The notes under the pieces are model-generated. The model worked only from the letters and a program-made list of their open reading frames with translations. It was not told the DNA's origin and did not search any database. Below, in pieces: positions 15,683 to 26,368 of a stretch of DNA of 64,000 bases. The DNA is taken from assembly GCA_963809895.1 (NCBI GenBank), contig CAWELD010000003.1, positions 1,056,001 through 1,120,000 on the forward strand. Reading direction: 5' to 3'. A program made the translations under genes and the position numbers. Positions within the stretch are counted from its first letter, which is position 1, and every line of letters starts with the position of its first letter. The DNA is from an uncultured Gemmatimonadales bacterium. Its GTDB lineage: Bacteria > Gemmatimonadota > Gemmatimonadetes > Longimicrobiales > Gaopeijiaceae.

Positions 15683-17113
15683 TTAGGTTTGTCCACCACC
15701 GTGGTCAAACCGTGCCGGCCCCTCGGCTCGACGGATACGGCTCATCACTTCTTCCCTTCCCAGAACGTGCATGATCCGGGCCAGGTCGGGCCCGTGCTCC
15801 TCACCCGTGAGCGCGAGGCGCACCGGGTGGAAGAGCGCCGGGCCCCGCGCGCCGACGGCCTTGCCCCCGGCTCGCACCGCCGCTCCCAGGGCGCCGGGCT
15901 CCCAATCCTCCAGCGCCTCGAGCTCGGCTGCCACCGCCGCCAGCACCTGCACCGCTTCGGGCCGCTCGGCGAGGGCTTCCCTCCCCTTCGCTGCAGCCTG
16001 CGCATCCGGACGCATCAAAGGAAGATACTGGTCGATCTCCCCGAAGGCGCCCAGGCGCGTGCGGAGCGCTTCGACGGCCGAGAGCAGCTGGTCGTCGTCC
16101 AATCCATATCGCGCCTGGTCTACGTACGGCCGGACCCCCTGGATCATGTCTTCCAGCGACAGGCGCGCCATGTGCTGCTCCGCCACCCAGTGGAGTTTGT
16201 CGGGGTCGTAGGCGGTGTCGCTGGCGCCCACGCGCTCCAGCGAGACGCGCTCGACCAACTCCTCAGGGGTGAGGATCTCCTCGCCCTCGGCGTCCGACCA
16301 GCCCAGCAGGCTGAGGTAGTTCACCAGCGCCGCCGGCAGATATCCCGCCTCGCGATACGACGCCACGGAGGTCGCCCCGGCCCGCTTGGACAACTTGCCG
16401 CCCTCGGGGTCCAGCACCGTGGGAAGATGGGCGAACACCGGCCGAGGCCCGCCCAGCGCGTCGAACAGCAGCGCCTGCCGAGGCGTGTTGGAAAGATGGC
16501 CCGCCCCCCGGATCACGTGGGTGATCTTCATGGCCAGATCGTCGACCACCACCCCGAAATTGTAGGTGACCCGGCCATCGGTGCGACGCAGGACGAAGTC
16601 GTCGATCTCGTCGGCGGCCACGGTGACGGCGCCTCGCACCGCGTCCTCCACGGTCACCTCTCCTTCCGTGGGCGCGGCGTAGCGCAGCACGTGGGGCTCA
16701 CCCGAAAGTGCGCGGTGCGCGGCCTCGGACTGGCGCAGGTCACGGCACGGATCGGGCCCCCGGTCCCAGGCGTCCCCCTCTCCCTCGCCGCAGAAGCAAC
16801 GAAAGGCGAAGCCGTCGGCCAGGAGCCGGTGGAGCGCGGCTTCGTACACGGCGCTCCGCTGCGATTGGCGGTACGGCGCGAAGCGACCTCCCACGTCGGG
16901 CCCCTCATCCCAGGCGAGGCCCAGCCAGCGCAGGTCCTCCATCAGGGCCTCTTCGGACCCGGGCTGGTTCCGCTCGACATCGGTGTCCTCGAGCCGCAGC
17001 ACGAAGGCACCGCCGTGATGCCGCGCGAAGAGCCAGTTGAAGACCGCCACCCGGACGTTGCCCAGGTGGAGGAGCCCCGTCGGACTCGGCGCGAAGCGCG
17101 TGCGCACGCTCAC
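15683..17113 (-). CDS. gltX: Glutamate--tRNA ligase
   Basis: RTRFAPSPTG, HLGN, EDTD, KLSKR; C-terminal anticodon domain. Confidence 0.93.
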   Translation of the reverse strand: MSVRTRFAPSPTGLLHLGNVRVAVFNWLFARHHGGAFVLRLEDTDVERNQPGSEEALMEDLRWLGLAWDEGPDVGGRFAPYRQSQRSAVYEAALHRLLADGFAFRCFCGEGEGDAWDRGPDPCRDLRQSEAAHRALSGEPHVLRYAAPTEGEVTVEDAVRGAVTVAADEIDDFVLRRTDGRVTYNFGVVVDDLAMKITHVIRGAGHLSNTPRQALLFDALGGPRPVFAHLPTVLDPEGGKLSKRAGATSVASYREAGYLPAALVNYLSLLGWSDAEGEEILTPEELVERVSLERVGASDTAYDPDKLHWVAEQHMARLSLEDMIQGVRPYVDQARYGLDDDQLLSAVEALRTRLGAFGEIDQYLPLMRPDAQAAAKGREALAERPEAVQVLAAVAAELEALEDWEPGALGAAVRAGGKAVGARGPALFHPVRLALTGEEHGPDLARIMHVLGREEVMSRIRRAEGPARFDHGGGQT

Positions 17114-18942
17114 GAGCGCCCCAGGTAGGTGAGGATGCGAGCCGCCAGCACCTCGCTGAAGCCCGGCACGCGGGCGATCTCGTCCGACGTCGCCCGGCGC
17201 ACGCCGGCCAGCGATCCGAAGCGGGTCAGGAGCGCCTGCTGACGGCGGGGGCCGATGCCGGGGATGTCACCCAGATCACTCCGGATCGTGCGCTTGCGGC
17301 GGAGCTTGCGGTTGTAGGTCACGGCGAAGCGATGGGCCTCGTTGCGGATGCGTTGCAGCAGATGGAGCGCCCGGTCCCGGCGGTCCAGTAGCACCGGCTC
17401 CGGTCGGTTCGGAAGAAACACTTCCTCCTCGCGCTTGGCCAGGGCCAGGAGTTGGACGTCCCCCAGACCCAACTCCTCCAACGCCTGACGGGCCGCACCG
17501 AGCTGTCCCTTGCCACCGTCGATCACCGCCAGGTCCGGAAGCGGCTTGTCCTCGTCCAGTCGGCGCCTGAAGTAGCGGGTCACGGCCTCGTGCATGGAGC
17601 GATAGTCGTCGTTCCCCCAGTCTCCCTTGATGCGCATGTGCCGGTACTCACCCTTGCGTGGCTCCCCGTTCTCGAAGACCACGGCGCTGGCCACGGTCTC
17701 GGTTCCCTGCGTGTGCGAGATGTCGAAGCACACCATGAGACGGGGGACCACCTTCAGGTCCAGGTGCTCCTGCAGGTCGAAGAGCGCCTCGTCGGCACGA
17801 TCGGCGGCCACCGCCAGCCCCGCCACCCGGTCCTCCAGGCCGTGGCGGGCGTTGGTCCCCGCCAGCTCCACCAGGCGCCGCTTCTCGCCCCGCACCGGCA
17901 CGTGGGTCACCACCTTGCGGCCCGCGGCCTCGCCCAACACCTCCTCCAGGGTCTCCCGGTCCGGGAACTCTCCCGGCAGCAGGATCTCGCGAGGAAGATC
18001 CGCCGTCCCCGCCGCTCCACGCCCCAGGTAGTACCGGGTGGCGAAGGCCGCCAGCAGATCGGCGTCGTCCTCGTCCAGGATCTGGCTGAAGCGGAGCGTG
18101 TCGCGCCCCAGCAGGAGCCCGCGGCGCACGCGCAGCACCACGCCCACCGCCAGCTCGCCGTCCCGGGCCAGCCCCACCACGTCGTGGTCGCCGCCCCCGA
18201 CGCGGTGCACCCGCTGCTCCCGGGACAGGGCATCCAGGCCCTGGACCACGTCGCGCATGCGCGCGGCCCGCTCGAAGTCCAGCGCTTCCGAGGCCTCCTT
18301 CATGCGTTCTTCCACCTCGCCGCGCAGGCTCTCGGTGTCACCCTCGAGGATGCGCACGATCTCGTCGATCATGGCCCGGTAGTCGGCCTCGGACTGGAGT
18401 CCCACGCAGGGCGCCTTGCAGCGCCCGATGTGGTAGTCGAGACAGGGGCGATCCGGGGCCTCGTCGGGCAGGTCGTAGCGGCACGAGCGCACGGTGTAGA
18501 GACGCTTCACCACCTCCAGCGCCGCCCGCATGTTGCCTACCGAGGTGTAGGGCCCGAAATAGCGGGCTCCGTCGTTGCGCACCTGCCGGGTCACGTAGAC
18601 CCGCGGAAAGGGCTCCTGCACCGTCACCTTGATGTACGGATAGCGCTTGTCGTCGCGGAGCTGGACGTTGAAACGCGGCCGGTGCTCCTTGATCAGGTTG
18701 GCTTCGAGAATCAGCGCTTCGGCCTCGGAGCCCACCACCAACGTCTCCAGATCGGCGACCCTGCGTACCAGCTCGCGGGTCTTCACGGAGTGGGAGGCGT
18801 CGGACCGGAAGTAGCTCCGCACCCGGGCCCGCAGGCTCTTCGCCTTGCCCACGTACAGGATCTCGCCGCGGGCGTCCCGGAAGAGGTAGACGCCCGGACG
18901 CCGGGTCAGGGCGTCCAGTCGGTCCTGGAGCGTATCGGCCAT
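17110..18942 (-). CDS. uvrC: Excinuclease ABC subunit C
   Basis: GIY-YIG PGVY..LYVGKAK, FDISH, IDGGKGQ, RNEAHRFA, HhH. Confidence 0.96.
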   Translation of the reverse strand: MADTLQDRLDALTRRPGVYLFRDARGEILYVGKAKSLRARVRSYFRSDASHSVKTRELVRRVADLETLVVGSEAEALILEANLIKEHRPRFNVQLRDDKRYPYIKVTVQEPFPRVYVTRQVRNDGARYFGPYTSVGNMRAALEVVKRLYTVRSCRYDLPDEAPDRPCLDYHIGRCKAPCVGLQSEADYRAMIDEIVRILEGDTESLRGEVEERMKEASEALDFERAARMRDVVQGLDALSREQRVHRVGGGDHDVVGLARDGELAVGVVLRVRRGLLLGRDTLRFSQILDEDDADLLAAFATRYYLGRGAAGTADLPREILLPGEFPDRETLEEVLGEAAGRKVVTHVPVRGEKRRLVELAGTNARHGLEDRVAGLAVAADRADEALFDLQEHLDLKVVPRLMVCFDISHTQGTETVASAVVFENGEPRKGEYRHMRIKGDWGNDDYRSMHEAVTRYFRRRLDEDKPLPDLAVIDGGKGQLGAARQALEELGLGDVQLLALAKREEEVFLPNRPEPVLLDRRDRALHLLQRIRNEAHRFAVTYNRKLRRKRTIRSDLGDIPGIGPRRQQALLTRFGSLAGVRRATSDEIARVPGFSEVLAARILTYLGRS

Positions 18943-18965
18943 GGTGGGCGTGCTGAAAGCGGACG

Positions 18966-20588
18966 TCAGCGCCGGAGCAGGCGCCGGAGGCCGACGCTGA
19001 CACCCAGGGCGCGGGCGACGGCCAGGTATGCTACCCCGAAGCATCCCGCCGTTCCCGCCGCCGCCAGGGGCCCCGCGAGCCGGTCGGGAGCCAGTCCCCG
19101 CACCGGCGCCTCGAGCCAGGTCCGGAAGGCCAACGCCACGGCAACGCCCACGGCCGCCGCCAGGAGCAGCCGCGCCAGATGCCCGGGCCGAGCCCCGTGG
19201 GCGCCGAGACGTCCCTTCAGACGGCTCCTGAGCAGCCCGTACTCGAGCCAGGCCCCCACCGAGGCGCCCAGCGCGAGCCCCGCGGCGCCGAAATGAAGAT
19301 CCCCCACGCCGTAGCGATCCAGGGGGAACATGAGCACGGCGCCGATGGCCAGAGACACGAACACCCGCAGGGTGGCCACCCGGGCCGGTGTGCCGGTGTC
19401 GCGCATGGCGAAGTACGCCGACGACAGGGTGCGGGAGCTCCCGCTGGCCAGGAGTCCCAGGGCGTAGGCCGCCAGCACGGCCCACACCACGCGGGTGTCC
19501 GCCGCTCCGAAGGCGCCCCGCTGATAGAGCGCCTCCACCAGGACGTCGCCGAAGGCCAGGTACGCCACCGCCGACGGCACCAGGAAGAAGGACACCCGTT
19601 CCAGCGCAGCTCGCACGCGCGCCGCCAGGAGGTGGGATTCGGCCCGGTGCTGCCGGGAGAGCTCCGGCAGCTCCGAGGCGGCGACAGCCGTTCCGAACAG
19701 CGAGATCGGCAGCACGTAGAGCGTCTGGGCGCGGGCCAGCGAGGTGACCGCGCCCTCCACCAGGAGCGCCGCCAGGAAGGCGTCCAGGAGCGCGGACAGG
19801 TTCACCACGCCCCGGGCCGCCACCACCGGCAGAAAGTTGCGAATCGCCTCCCGCACCCCCGCCACCCGGGTGCTCACGGACAGGCGGAAGTGGCCGAGCA
19901 GCGGCCACAGGAAGGGCACCTGCACCCCGAGCTGCAGGACGCCTCCCACCAGGGCGCCCCACGCCACCATCACCACGAGGTCGGCGTCGCGGCCGGCCCC
20001 CCGGAGCCCCATGAACGAGCCCGCCGCCACCGCGGCGGCGATGATGGCCAGGTTCCAGGCCACCGGCGCCACGTACGAGATGAAGAAGCGGCGGTGTGTG
20101 TTGAGCACGCCCAGGGCCCAGGCCGATACCGCCATGGTGGCGGTCATGGGCAGCAGGATGCGTACGACCGTGATCAGCAGGCGCTGGTATTCGGGCTCCA
20201 GCTCGAAGAAGACCACCGGGATGAGGATCGGCGCCAGCAGCATCCCCACCAGCGCGATGCCGTAGGCCAGCGTGGCCACCAGCCCGAGGGCGGCGCCGGC
20301 GAAATGCCCGGCCTCCTCCTCCCTGCCCTCTTCCAGAAAGCTCGCGTACACCGGGATGAAGGACGCCGACAGGGTGCCTTCGCCCAGGAGGTACTGGATG
20401 ATGTTCGGGGTGCGCAGCCCCAGATACCAGATGTCCGCGGTGCGGCTGGTCCCCAGGTACGCGGCCAGCACGGCGTCGCGCACGTAGCCCGCGACGCGGC
20501 TGAGAAAAATGCCCGCGCCGACCCACCAGGCGGCGCGGGCACTTCCGCTGGCGGCGGTGCCCTCAGCGACGTCCTTCGTGGTCCTCAC
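18966..20588 (-). CDS. murJ: Lipid II flippase MurJ
   Basis: LSRVAGYVRD, GEGTLSASFIP; multi-TM. Confidence 0.95.
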   Translation of the reverse strand: MRTTKDVAEGTAASGSARAAWWVGAGIFLSRVAGYVRDAVLAAYLGTSRTADIWYLGLRTPNIIQYLLGEGTLSASFIPVYASFLEEGREEEAGHFAGAALGLVATLAYGIALVGMLLAPILIPVVFFELEPEYQRLLITVVRILLPMTATMAVSAWALGVLNTHRRFFISYVAPVAWNLAIIAAAVAAGSFMGLRGAGRDADLVVMVAWGALVGGVLQLGVQVPFLWPLLGHFRLSVSTRVAGVREAIRNFLPVVAARGVVNLSALLDAFLAALLVEGAVTSLARAQTLYVLPISLFGTAVAASELPELSRQHRAESHLLAARVRAALERVSFFLVPSAVAYLAFGDVLVEALYQRGAFGAADTRVVWAVLAAYALGLLASGSSRTLSSAYFAMRDTGTPARVATLRVFVSLAIGAVLMFPLDRYGVGDLHFGAAGLALGASVGAWLEYGLLRSRLKGRLGAHGARPGHLARLLLAAAVGVAVALAFRTWLEAPVRGLAPDRLAGPLAAAGTAGCFGVAYLAVARALGVSVGLRRLLRR

Positions 20589-20862
20589 CCTCGGGCAGCG
20601 CCTCGGGAGCCGAATCCCCGCCGGCGCGCTCCGTCAGGAGCTTGTGCAGGAACTGGCTCTCTTCGTCGAGGCGCTGGAGCTCCGAGCCGAGACGCTCCAC
20701 CTCCCCCTCGAGAAACGCCATGCGCTCGGACGTGAGGTCGTCCATGCCCTCGAGACCCTTCCGCTCCAGGCGCTGCGCCAGCGCGCGCCCGAGCTGTGAG
20801 TCGAGCACGATGGCCAGGATGGGAATCAGCAGGACGACGAGAATGATGATCTGCCACACCAT
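20563..20862 (-). CDS. Small membrane-anchored coiled-coil protein
   Basis: N-terminal TM plus coiled coil; fits the gap in the operon. Confidence 0.8.
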   Translation of the reverse strand: MVWQIIILVVLLIPILAIVLDSQLGRALAQRLERKGLEGMDDLTSERMAFLEGEVERLGSELQRLDEESQFLHKLLTERAGGDSAPEALPEGEDHEGRR

Positions 20863-20871
20863 GGCGGAAAC

Positions 20872-22482
20872 CTATCCCCGGGGCTGCGAGAGCGGCAATG
20901 CCGCTCGAAAGCGCGCGTGGAGCTCGCCGACGAGCTCGCCCCCGTAGCGCGCCAGATAGTACAGGGGATTGAAGACCCGCTCCTGGGGCTTGCCCTCGGG
21001 AAAGAGGTGCAGATGGGCCTTCTCCAACTGCTGCAGCGCGATCTCGTTCTCACGCTTCACGGCCTGCACGATCTTCTTCTCCACCTCGCCCAGGGCGTCG
21101 AAGGTGACGCTGCGCACGTGCTGGATGGGCCCCTTGAGCGTGGGATCCACGTCGCGGGCCGCTTCGGTGAGCCCCTGCGTGCCCCGGGCCACGGCACCCC
21201 GCAGCTCCCCGAGCGCCTTCTGCACGTCGGCGGGCACCTCGTCGCGGGCGATCTCGCCGGCGAGCTCGTGGAAGGGACGGTCCAGCGCCTCCACCTCCAG
21301 GTCGAACTTGTCCAGCACCTTGCGGATCTTGGACTCCACGGCGGTGGCGCCCAGGCGGGGCACCACCACCGGCATCCCCACGTCCAGGGCCCGGAAGAGG
21401 GGCTCGAGCTCGGCGAAATACGCCAGCTCGCCGGGCCCGGCCACATAGGCCAGGGTAGGAAAGACGTGACTCTCCACCACCGGCCGCAGAAGCACGTTGG
21501 GGCTCAGGACCGATGGGTCCTCGTCTACCCGCTGGACGATCTCGTCGCGCGTGAGGTGCAGCTCCGAGTGCCGGAGCCGGAACCCCTCGCCGTCCCGGTA
21601 GACGCGCTCACGGGCCGCCGGACCCTCGAGGAACAGGTTCACCCCCTCGTCGAGGATGGGCACCTGGGCGTGGTAACCCGCCGCCTCCAACTCCTCCGCG
21701 CGCCGGCGAAGCGCAGCTTCATGGCCCGCCGCCCCGTCCAGCTCGGCCAGCAGAAGCGACGTGGACAGCCGCTTCAGCGCCGGCGCGTGGGCCTGGACGA
21801 AGAGCATGCCCGTAGGCTCCAACAGGTGCGCCAGGAGCTGCTCGAAGCCCGACGGGAGCGTGGCATCGGGCGTGTAGGCTTCTCGAAGAAGCTCGAGATA
21901 AGGAGCGCTAAAGTCCGTGTCAGGAAGTAGTTCCGTACATCGCTCGATGACGCCGGCGATCCCCTCGCCCAGGGGGAGCCGATGCAGCGGTCGGTCGCCG
22001 GACCCCGCGACAGCCGGCACCTCCAACCGGTGGAGCTCGTTGTCCATCCCCACGAGCCAGGTGTGGTCCGTCTCGGCCCAGTCGTGGTCCTCGGACGCGG
22101 TCCAGAACAGCGGCGCCACCGGCGCGTCCAGGACCTCCTCCAGCGCGTCGGCCAAGGCCGCCGCCGTGAGGGCCTTGTAGAGGCTGTAGAGCGGCCCCCC
22201 GAAGAGCCCGGGCTGCTGGCCGGTGGTGACCAGGTAGCCCTTTCCCTGTCGGAGGGCCTCCAGCCGGGTGCGAGCCTTGTCGCCCGGCGCCGTGACGGCC
22301 TCGATCCAGGCGGTACGCGCGCTCGCGTCGAAGCGGGCGTCCACCTCGGCGGCCTTGCGGCGGTAGGCCCCGGCATCCCGGTGATCCCAGGTGAAGAACG
22401 ACATCGCCGTGTCGGCGCCCTCCAGGAGGTCGCGGACCAGGTCCGATCCGGCGGGATGCCGGACACGAAGCTCCAGATTCAG
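20872..22482 (-). CDS. bshC: Bacillithiol biosynthesis cysteine-adding enzyme (probable CTG start at 22482; first ATG at 22404)
   Basis: TGQQPGLFGGPLY, SEDHD, SPNVLLRP, GPGELAY, PQER. Confidence 0.93.
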   Translation of the reverse strand: MNLELRVRHPAGSDLVRDLLEGADTAMSFFTWDHRDAGAYRRKAAEVDARFDASARTAWIEAVTAPGDKARTRLEALRQGKGYLVTTGQQPGLFGGPLYSLYKALTAAALADALEEVLDAPVAPLFWTASEDHDWAETDHTWLVGMDNELHRLEVPAVAGSGDRPLHRLPLGEGIAGVIERCTELLPDTDFSAPYLELLREAYTPDATLPSGFEQLLAHLLEPTGMLFVQAHAPALKRLSTSLLLAELDGAAGHEAALRRRAEELEAAGYHAQVPILDEGVNLFLEGPAARERVYRDGEGFRLRHSELHLTRDEIVQRVDEDPSVLSPNVLLRPVVESHVFPTLAYVAGPGELAYFAELEPLFRALDVGMPVVVPRLGATAVESKIRKVLDKFDLEVEALDRPFHELAGEIARDEVPADVQKALGELRGAVARGTQGLTEAARDVDPTLKGPIQHVRSVTFDALGEVEKKIVQAVKRENEIALQQLEKAHLHLFPEGKPQERVFNPLYYLARYGGELVGELHARFRAALPLSQPRG

Positions 22483-22573
22483 GGGGTCCTCCTCGAGATG
22501 GGGCGCCCCGGGGGACGCCGTCGCGTGCTGTCCGGCGAGGTAATCACCCGGACGCGTCGGAAGTTCCGCCGGC

Positions 22574-23044
22574 TCAGGGGCCCTTGTGGTAGGGCTCGTT
22601 GCGCTGGAGGGTACCCGCCCGGTAGAGCTGCTCGGCCAGCACCAGCCGGGCCAGCTCGTGGGGCATGGTCATGGCCGACAGCGAGAGGCGGCGGCTCGCG
22701 CGCTCCAGCACCGCCCCGTCCAGACCCCACGCGCCACCGATGACGAAGCTGACGTCGCGGGCGTGGAGGGCCGCGTCCGCCAGATGACGCGCCAGCTTGC
22801 GGGAGCTCATGGGCTTGCCGTCGCGGGTGAGCGCCACCACCTCGGCTCCCGGGGCGATGCGTGCCAGGAGACGCTCGCCCTCGGCGGCGCGCACCGGATC
22901 CGGATCCTCCCTGCCCCCGGAGGCGCCGGCGTCCACCTCCACCACCTCGAGCTTCCAGTAGCGGGCCGCCCGCTCCTCGTATTCGGACACGGCGCGGGCC
23001 AGCGCGCCCCGCACCCGCCCGACGGCCACGACCTGAATCTTCAC
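22574..23044 (-). CDS. rlmH: 23S rRNA m3Psi1915 methyltransferase
   Basis: FVIGGAWG, LSLSAMTMPHELARL..EQLYRA, PYHK. Confidence 0.95.
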   Translation of the reverse strand: MKIQVVAVGRVRGALARAVSEYEERAARYWKLEVVEVDAGASGGREDPDPVRAAEGERLLARIAPGAEVVALTRDGKPMSSRKLARHLADAALHARDVSFVIGGAWGLDGAVLERASRRLSLSAMTMPHELARLVLAEQLYRAGTLQRNEPYHKGP

Positions 23045-24669
23045 GCGTCGCCTCGCAGGTCGTGGCCCTCGACGTCGCGCACGAGCACCGTGTCCGCGAG
23101 CCCCCGCTCGTTGTCGCGCCACGGATGGTCCGTGGTGTAATGGAGGCCCCGGCTCTCCCGACGGCGCAGTGCCGAACGCACGATGAGAAGCGCCACCTGC
23201 TCCAGGTTGCGGGCCTCCACCTCGGCGGGACTGCGGGGCGGACCACCAGCGGCCGACGCGGACACCCGGGCCTCCAGCGCCTCCCGTGCCTCTCGCAGGC
23301 GCCGGGTGTGGCGCACGATGCCCGCGTGGGTCCACATGAGGCCCCGAAGCGCAGCCGTGGGATCGGTGCTGCCGGCCGACGCCCCCGCGTCCGCCCGGCC
23401 CGGGTCCGGCTCACCGGGCGTTCCGGTCACCTCGCCCACCCCCGCCCCGGCGCCCCAGCGTCCGGCCCTCTCCAGCGCCTCTCGAGCCACCAGAGACGCC
23501 CGGTGGGCCACCACCACGGCCTCCAGCAGCGAGTTGGAGGCCAGGCGGTTCGCTCCGTGCAGCCCGGTGCAGGCCACCTCGCCGGCCGCCAGCAGCCCCG
23601 GCAGCGACGAACGCCCCCGGGTGTCGGTGAGGATGCCCCCGCAGGCGTAGTGGGCGGCGGGAACCACGGGAATCCCCTCCACCGCCGGCTCCAGTCCCCG
23701 GGCCCGGCATCCCTCCAGGGTCGACGGAAAGCGCTCCTCCAGGATGCCCGGACCCATCCCGCTCACGTCCAGGACCACGTGGGAATCCCCCGTCTTGTCC
23801 AGCTCGCCATGGATGGCACGTGCCACGATGTCGCGGGGCGCCAGCGAGCCCAGCGGATGGTGCTGATCCATGAAGGCTGTGCCGTCCAGGCGCCGGAGCA
23901 CCGCGCCCTCGCCCCGGAGCGCCTCGGAGATGAGGAAGGCGGGATCTTCGGTGGGATGGAGGGCGGTGGGATGGAACTGGATGAACTCCATGTTGGCGAT
24001 GCGGGCGCCCGCCCGGTACGCCATGGCCACCCCGTCGCCGGTGGCAATGGAGGGATTGGTGGTGTGCCTGTACACCTGGCCGCAGCCGCCCGTGGCCAGC
24101 ATCACCACCTCCGCTCGGACCCGCAACGGCGTCCCGGACGCTTCGTCCAGAACCTGCACGCCCACGCAACGCCGGGCCCCGTCGTCGCCGTCCTCGGTGA
24201 GCAGCTCCACCGCGATGTGGTCCTCGAGGATGCGCAGCCCCGCCTCTTCGGCCGCCTCCAGCAGCGCCGTCTCGATGGCCCGACCCGTGCGGTCGCCTGC
24301 GTGGACGATACGGCGGCGGGAGTGCCCCCCCTCGCGGCCCAGCGACAGTCCGCCGCCGTTCCGGTGGAAGGCCGCGCCCCAGGCCATGAGGTCGCGAATG
24401 CGCGCCGGACCGTCGCGGACCACCAGCTCCACCACATCGGCATGGCAGAGACCGGCGCCGGCCACCAGGGTGTCTCCGACGTGCAGCGACACGTCGTCGT
24501 CCTCGCCCACCACGGCGGCGATCCCGCCCCGCGCCCAGTTCGTGCTCGAGGTCGCCCGCTCCTTCTTGGTCACCAGCAGGACCGAGGCGCCCTCCGACGC
24601 CCGCAGGGCGAAAGTGAGGCCGGCAATCCCGCTGCCCACCACCACGACGTCCACCGAGACCTCCCTCAT
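23041..24669 (-). CDS. nadB: L-aspartate oxidase
   Basis: GSGIAGL, REGGHS..RI.H, QFHPT, HGANRLASNSLLE, ESRGLH. Confidence 0.95.
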   Translation of the reverse strand: MREVSVDVVVVGSGIAGLTFALRASEGASVLLVTKKERATSSTNWARGGIAAVVGEDDDVSLHVGDTLVAGAGLCHADVVELVVRDGPARIRDLMAWGAAFHRNGGGLSLGREGGHSRRRIVHAGDRTGRAIETALLEAAEEAGLRILEDHIAVELLTEDGDDGARRCVGVQVLDEASGTPLRVRAEVVMLATGGCGQVYRHTTNPSIATGDGVAMAYRAGARIANMEFIQFHPTALHPTEDPAFLISEALRGEGAVLRRLDGTAFMDQHHPLGSLAPRDIVARAIHGELDKTGDSHVVLDVSGMGPGILEERFPSTLEGCRARGLEPAVEGIPVVPAAHYACGGILTDTRGRSSLPGLLAAGEVACTGLHGANRLASNSLLEAVVVAHRASLVAREALERAGRWGAGAGVGEVTGTPGEPDPGRADAGASAGSTDPTAALRGLMWTHAGIVRHTRRLREAREALEARVSASAAGGPPRSPAEVEARNLEQVALLIVRSALRRRESRGLHYTTDHPWRDNERGLADTVLVRDVEGHDLRGDA

Positions 24670-25718
24670 GCCTTCGCCTCCCTGCACGATGCGACCAGCG
24701 CATCCACCAGCGCGTCCATCCGTTCCTGTCCCTCTTCGAAGCGCGGCTCCAGGGCCAGAACCCGCACCTCGCAAGCGAGGCGCTGCTCGAGCTCCACCAG
24801 CTTCACCGCGTCCTTCTCGGTCACGACCAGCGTGCGCCCACCGGCGGCCCGGGCCAGGCGCTCGGCATCGGCCGCGGTGAACTCGTGATGGTCGGGAAAA
24901 CCCACGAGCTCGGGCAGGGGCACGGGCTGGCCCGGTTCCACGCGTGCGGCCAGCGCCGCCCGCACCGTGGCCCGCACGCTCTCCGGCTCGGCCACGGCGG
25001 CGGCCACCAGCACCGGACCGGTCGGCGGAGTCGCCGGCGCCCCCTCGAGATCGCGCCAGCCCGCCGGGGACAGCGCCACCCGCGCCACCACGAGCTCCGG
25101 GCGAGCCGCGCACAACCGCTCGGCCACCTCCACGGCCCGGGCCTCCGGCGCCGACTTGCGCGTGACCACCACCAGGTCGGCGCGGGCCAGCGCCGACAGC
25201 GGCTCCCGGTAGGGTCCCACGGGGAGCGTCCGGCCCGGGATCATGGTCTCGGCAGCCACCAGCACCACATCGGCGGTCCGCGCGAGCCGGCGATGCTGGA
25301 ATCCGTCGTCCAGGACCACCACGTCGCACCCCTGACGCGCGGCACGCTGCACCCCGGCGAAACGATCCGGGCCCGCGATCACCGGCGCCCGAGGATTCCA
25401 GCGAGCGTGGAGCAGGAGCTCGTCGCGCCCGTAGCCCCGGGCCACCAGGGCCGGACGGCATCCGGCCTCCCGGAGCTGGCGCACCAGCCAGGCCGCCATG
25501 GGCGTCTTGCCGGTGCCCCCCACGGTCACGTTGCCCACCGACACCACCGGGAGCGCGCCCCGGCGGGCCCGCAGCACGCCCAGGTCGAACAGCCGGTTGC
25601 GCACGCCCACGCCGGCGCGGTAGGCGAGTCCCAGGGGCCAGGCACCCAGGGTGGCCAGGCGTCCGGCCACGCCGGCCTCCCCTCGCCACCACCGCCGTAC
25701 CCAGGCTTCGACGCTCAT
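24666..25718 (-). CDS. lpxK: Tetraacyldisaccharide 4'-kinase
   Basis: SVGNVTVGGTGKTP, DDGFQH, FPDHH, TEKDAVK. Confidence 0.95.
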   Translation of the reverse strand: MSVEAWVRRWWRGEAGVAGRLATLGAWPLGLAYRAGVGVRNRLFDLGVLRARRGALPVVSVGNVTVGGTGKTPMAAWLVRQLREAGCRPALVARGYGRDELLLHARWNPRAPVIAGPDRFAGVQRAARQGCDVVVLDDGFQHRRLARTADVVLVAAETMIPGRTLPVGPYREPLSALARADLVVVTRKSAPEARAVEVAERLCAARPELVVARVALSPAGWRDLEGAPATPPTGPVLVAAAVAEPESVRATVRAALAARVEPGQPVPLPELVGFPDHHEFTAADAERLARAAGGRTLVVTEKDAVKLVELEQRLACEVRVLALEPRFEEGQERMDALVDALVASCREAKA

Positions 25719-26368
25719 CGCCCCTCGGGAAAGGGCGCCTCTGCGCGCTCGCGGAGCACCCCGAGCCGTCGCTCCAGCTCCGAGGCCAGTCCCTCGATCA
25801 CGGCATCGTCGGCGGCCCTGGGCACCAGCACCGGCTCCCCGTAGACGATGCGCACGCGAGACAGCGGCTTGGGCACCAGGAATCGATCCCAGGAATCGAA
25901 GTGCCAGGCGCCGCTGACCCCCACGGACATGGGGATGATGGGCAACCCGGTGAGTTGGGCCGCCACCAGGGCCCCGGGCTTGAACACCTCGGCCGGGCCC
26001 CTGGGGCCGTCGGGGCTCAGGCCCAGGTCGTGTCCCTCGCGCGCGGCCCGGATCAGCTCCCTCAGGCCGCGGCTCCCGCCTCTGCTGGAGGAGCCCCGGG
26101 CGGTGCCGAAGCCGTGGCGCTCGACGACGCGTGTGATGTACTCGCCGTCGGCGTGCTCGCTCACCAGGACCACGATGCCCTCGCCCTGGTGATAGTGGAT
26201 CAGCGGGAGCATCTGGCCGTGCCAGAAGACGAAGATGACGTTCTCGCCCCGGCGCCGGTACGCCTTGTAGTGCTCGTCGTCGACCCGGGTCAGACGCGTC
26301 GTGGTGAAGAGCCCTCCCAGGAGGCCGTGACCCAGGATCCCGGCGGCCCGAAAACGCAGATCCTTCAT
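25715..26368 (-). CDS. Lysophospholipid acyltransferase family (DUF374-like)
   Basis: FWHG, S...DGE, RGSSSRGG, PDGPRGP, SWDRF..PKP. Confidence 0.9.
   Translation of the reverse strand: MKDLRFRAAGILGHGLLGGLFTTTRLTRVDDEHYKAYRRRGENVIFVFWHGQMLPLIHYHQGEGIVVLVSEHADGEYITRVVERHGFGTARGSSSRGGSRGLRELIRAAREGHDLGLSPDGPRGPAEVFKPGALVAAQLTGLPIIPMSVGVSGAWHFDSWDRFLVPKPLSRVRIVYGEPVLVPRAADDAVIEGLASELERRLGVLRERAEAPFPEGR

Noticed and set aside
17110..25692. Apparent long N-terminal extensions of UvrC (1138 aa) and NadB (883 aa); likewise PrfB, PorV-like and Ppx
   Set aside because: The extensions are off-frame readings through upstream genes; true starts lie at the conserved N-termini.
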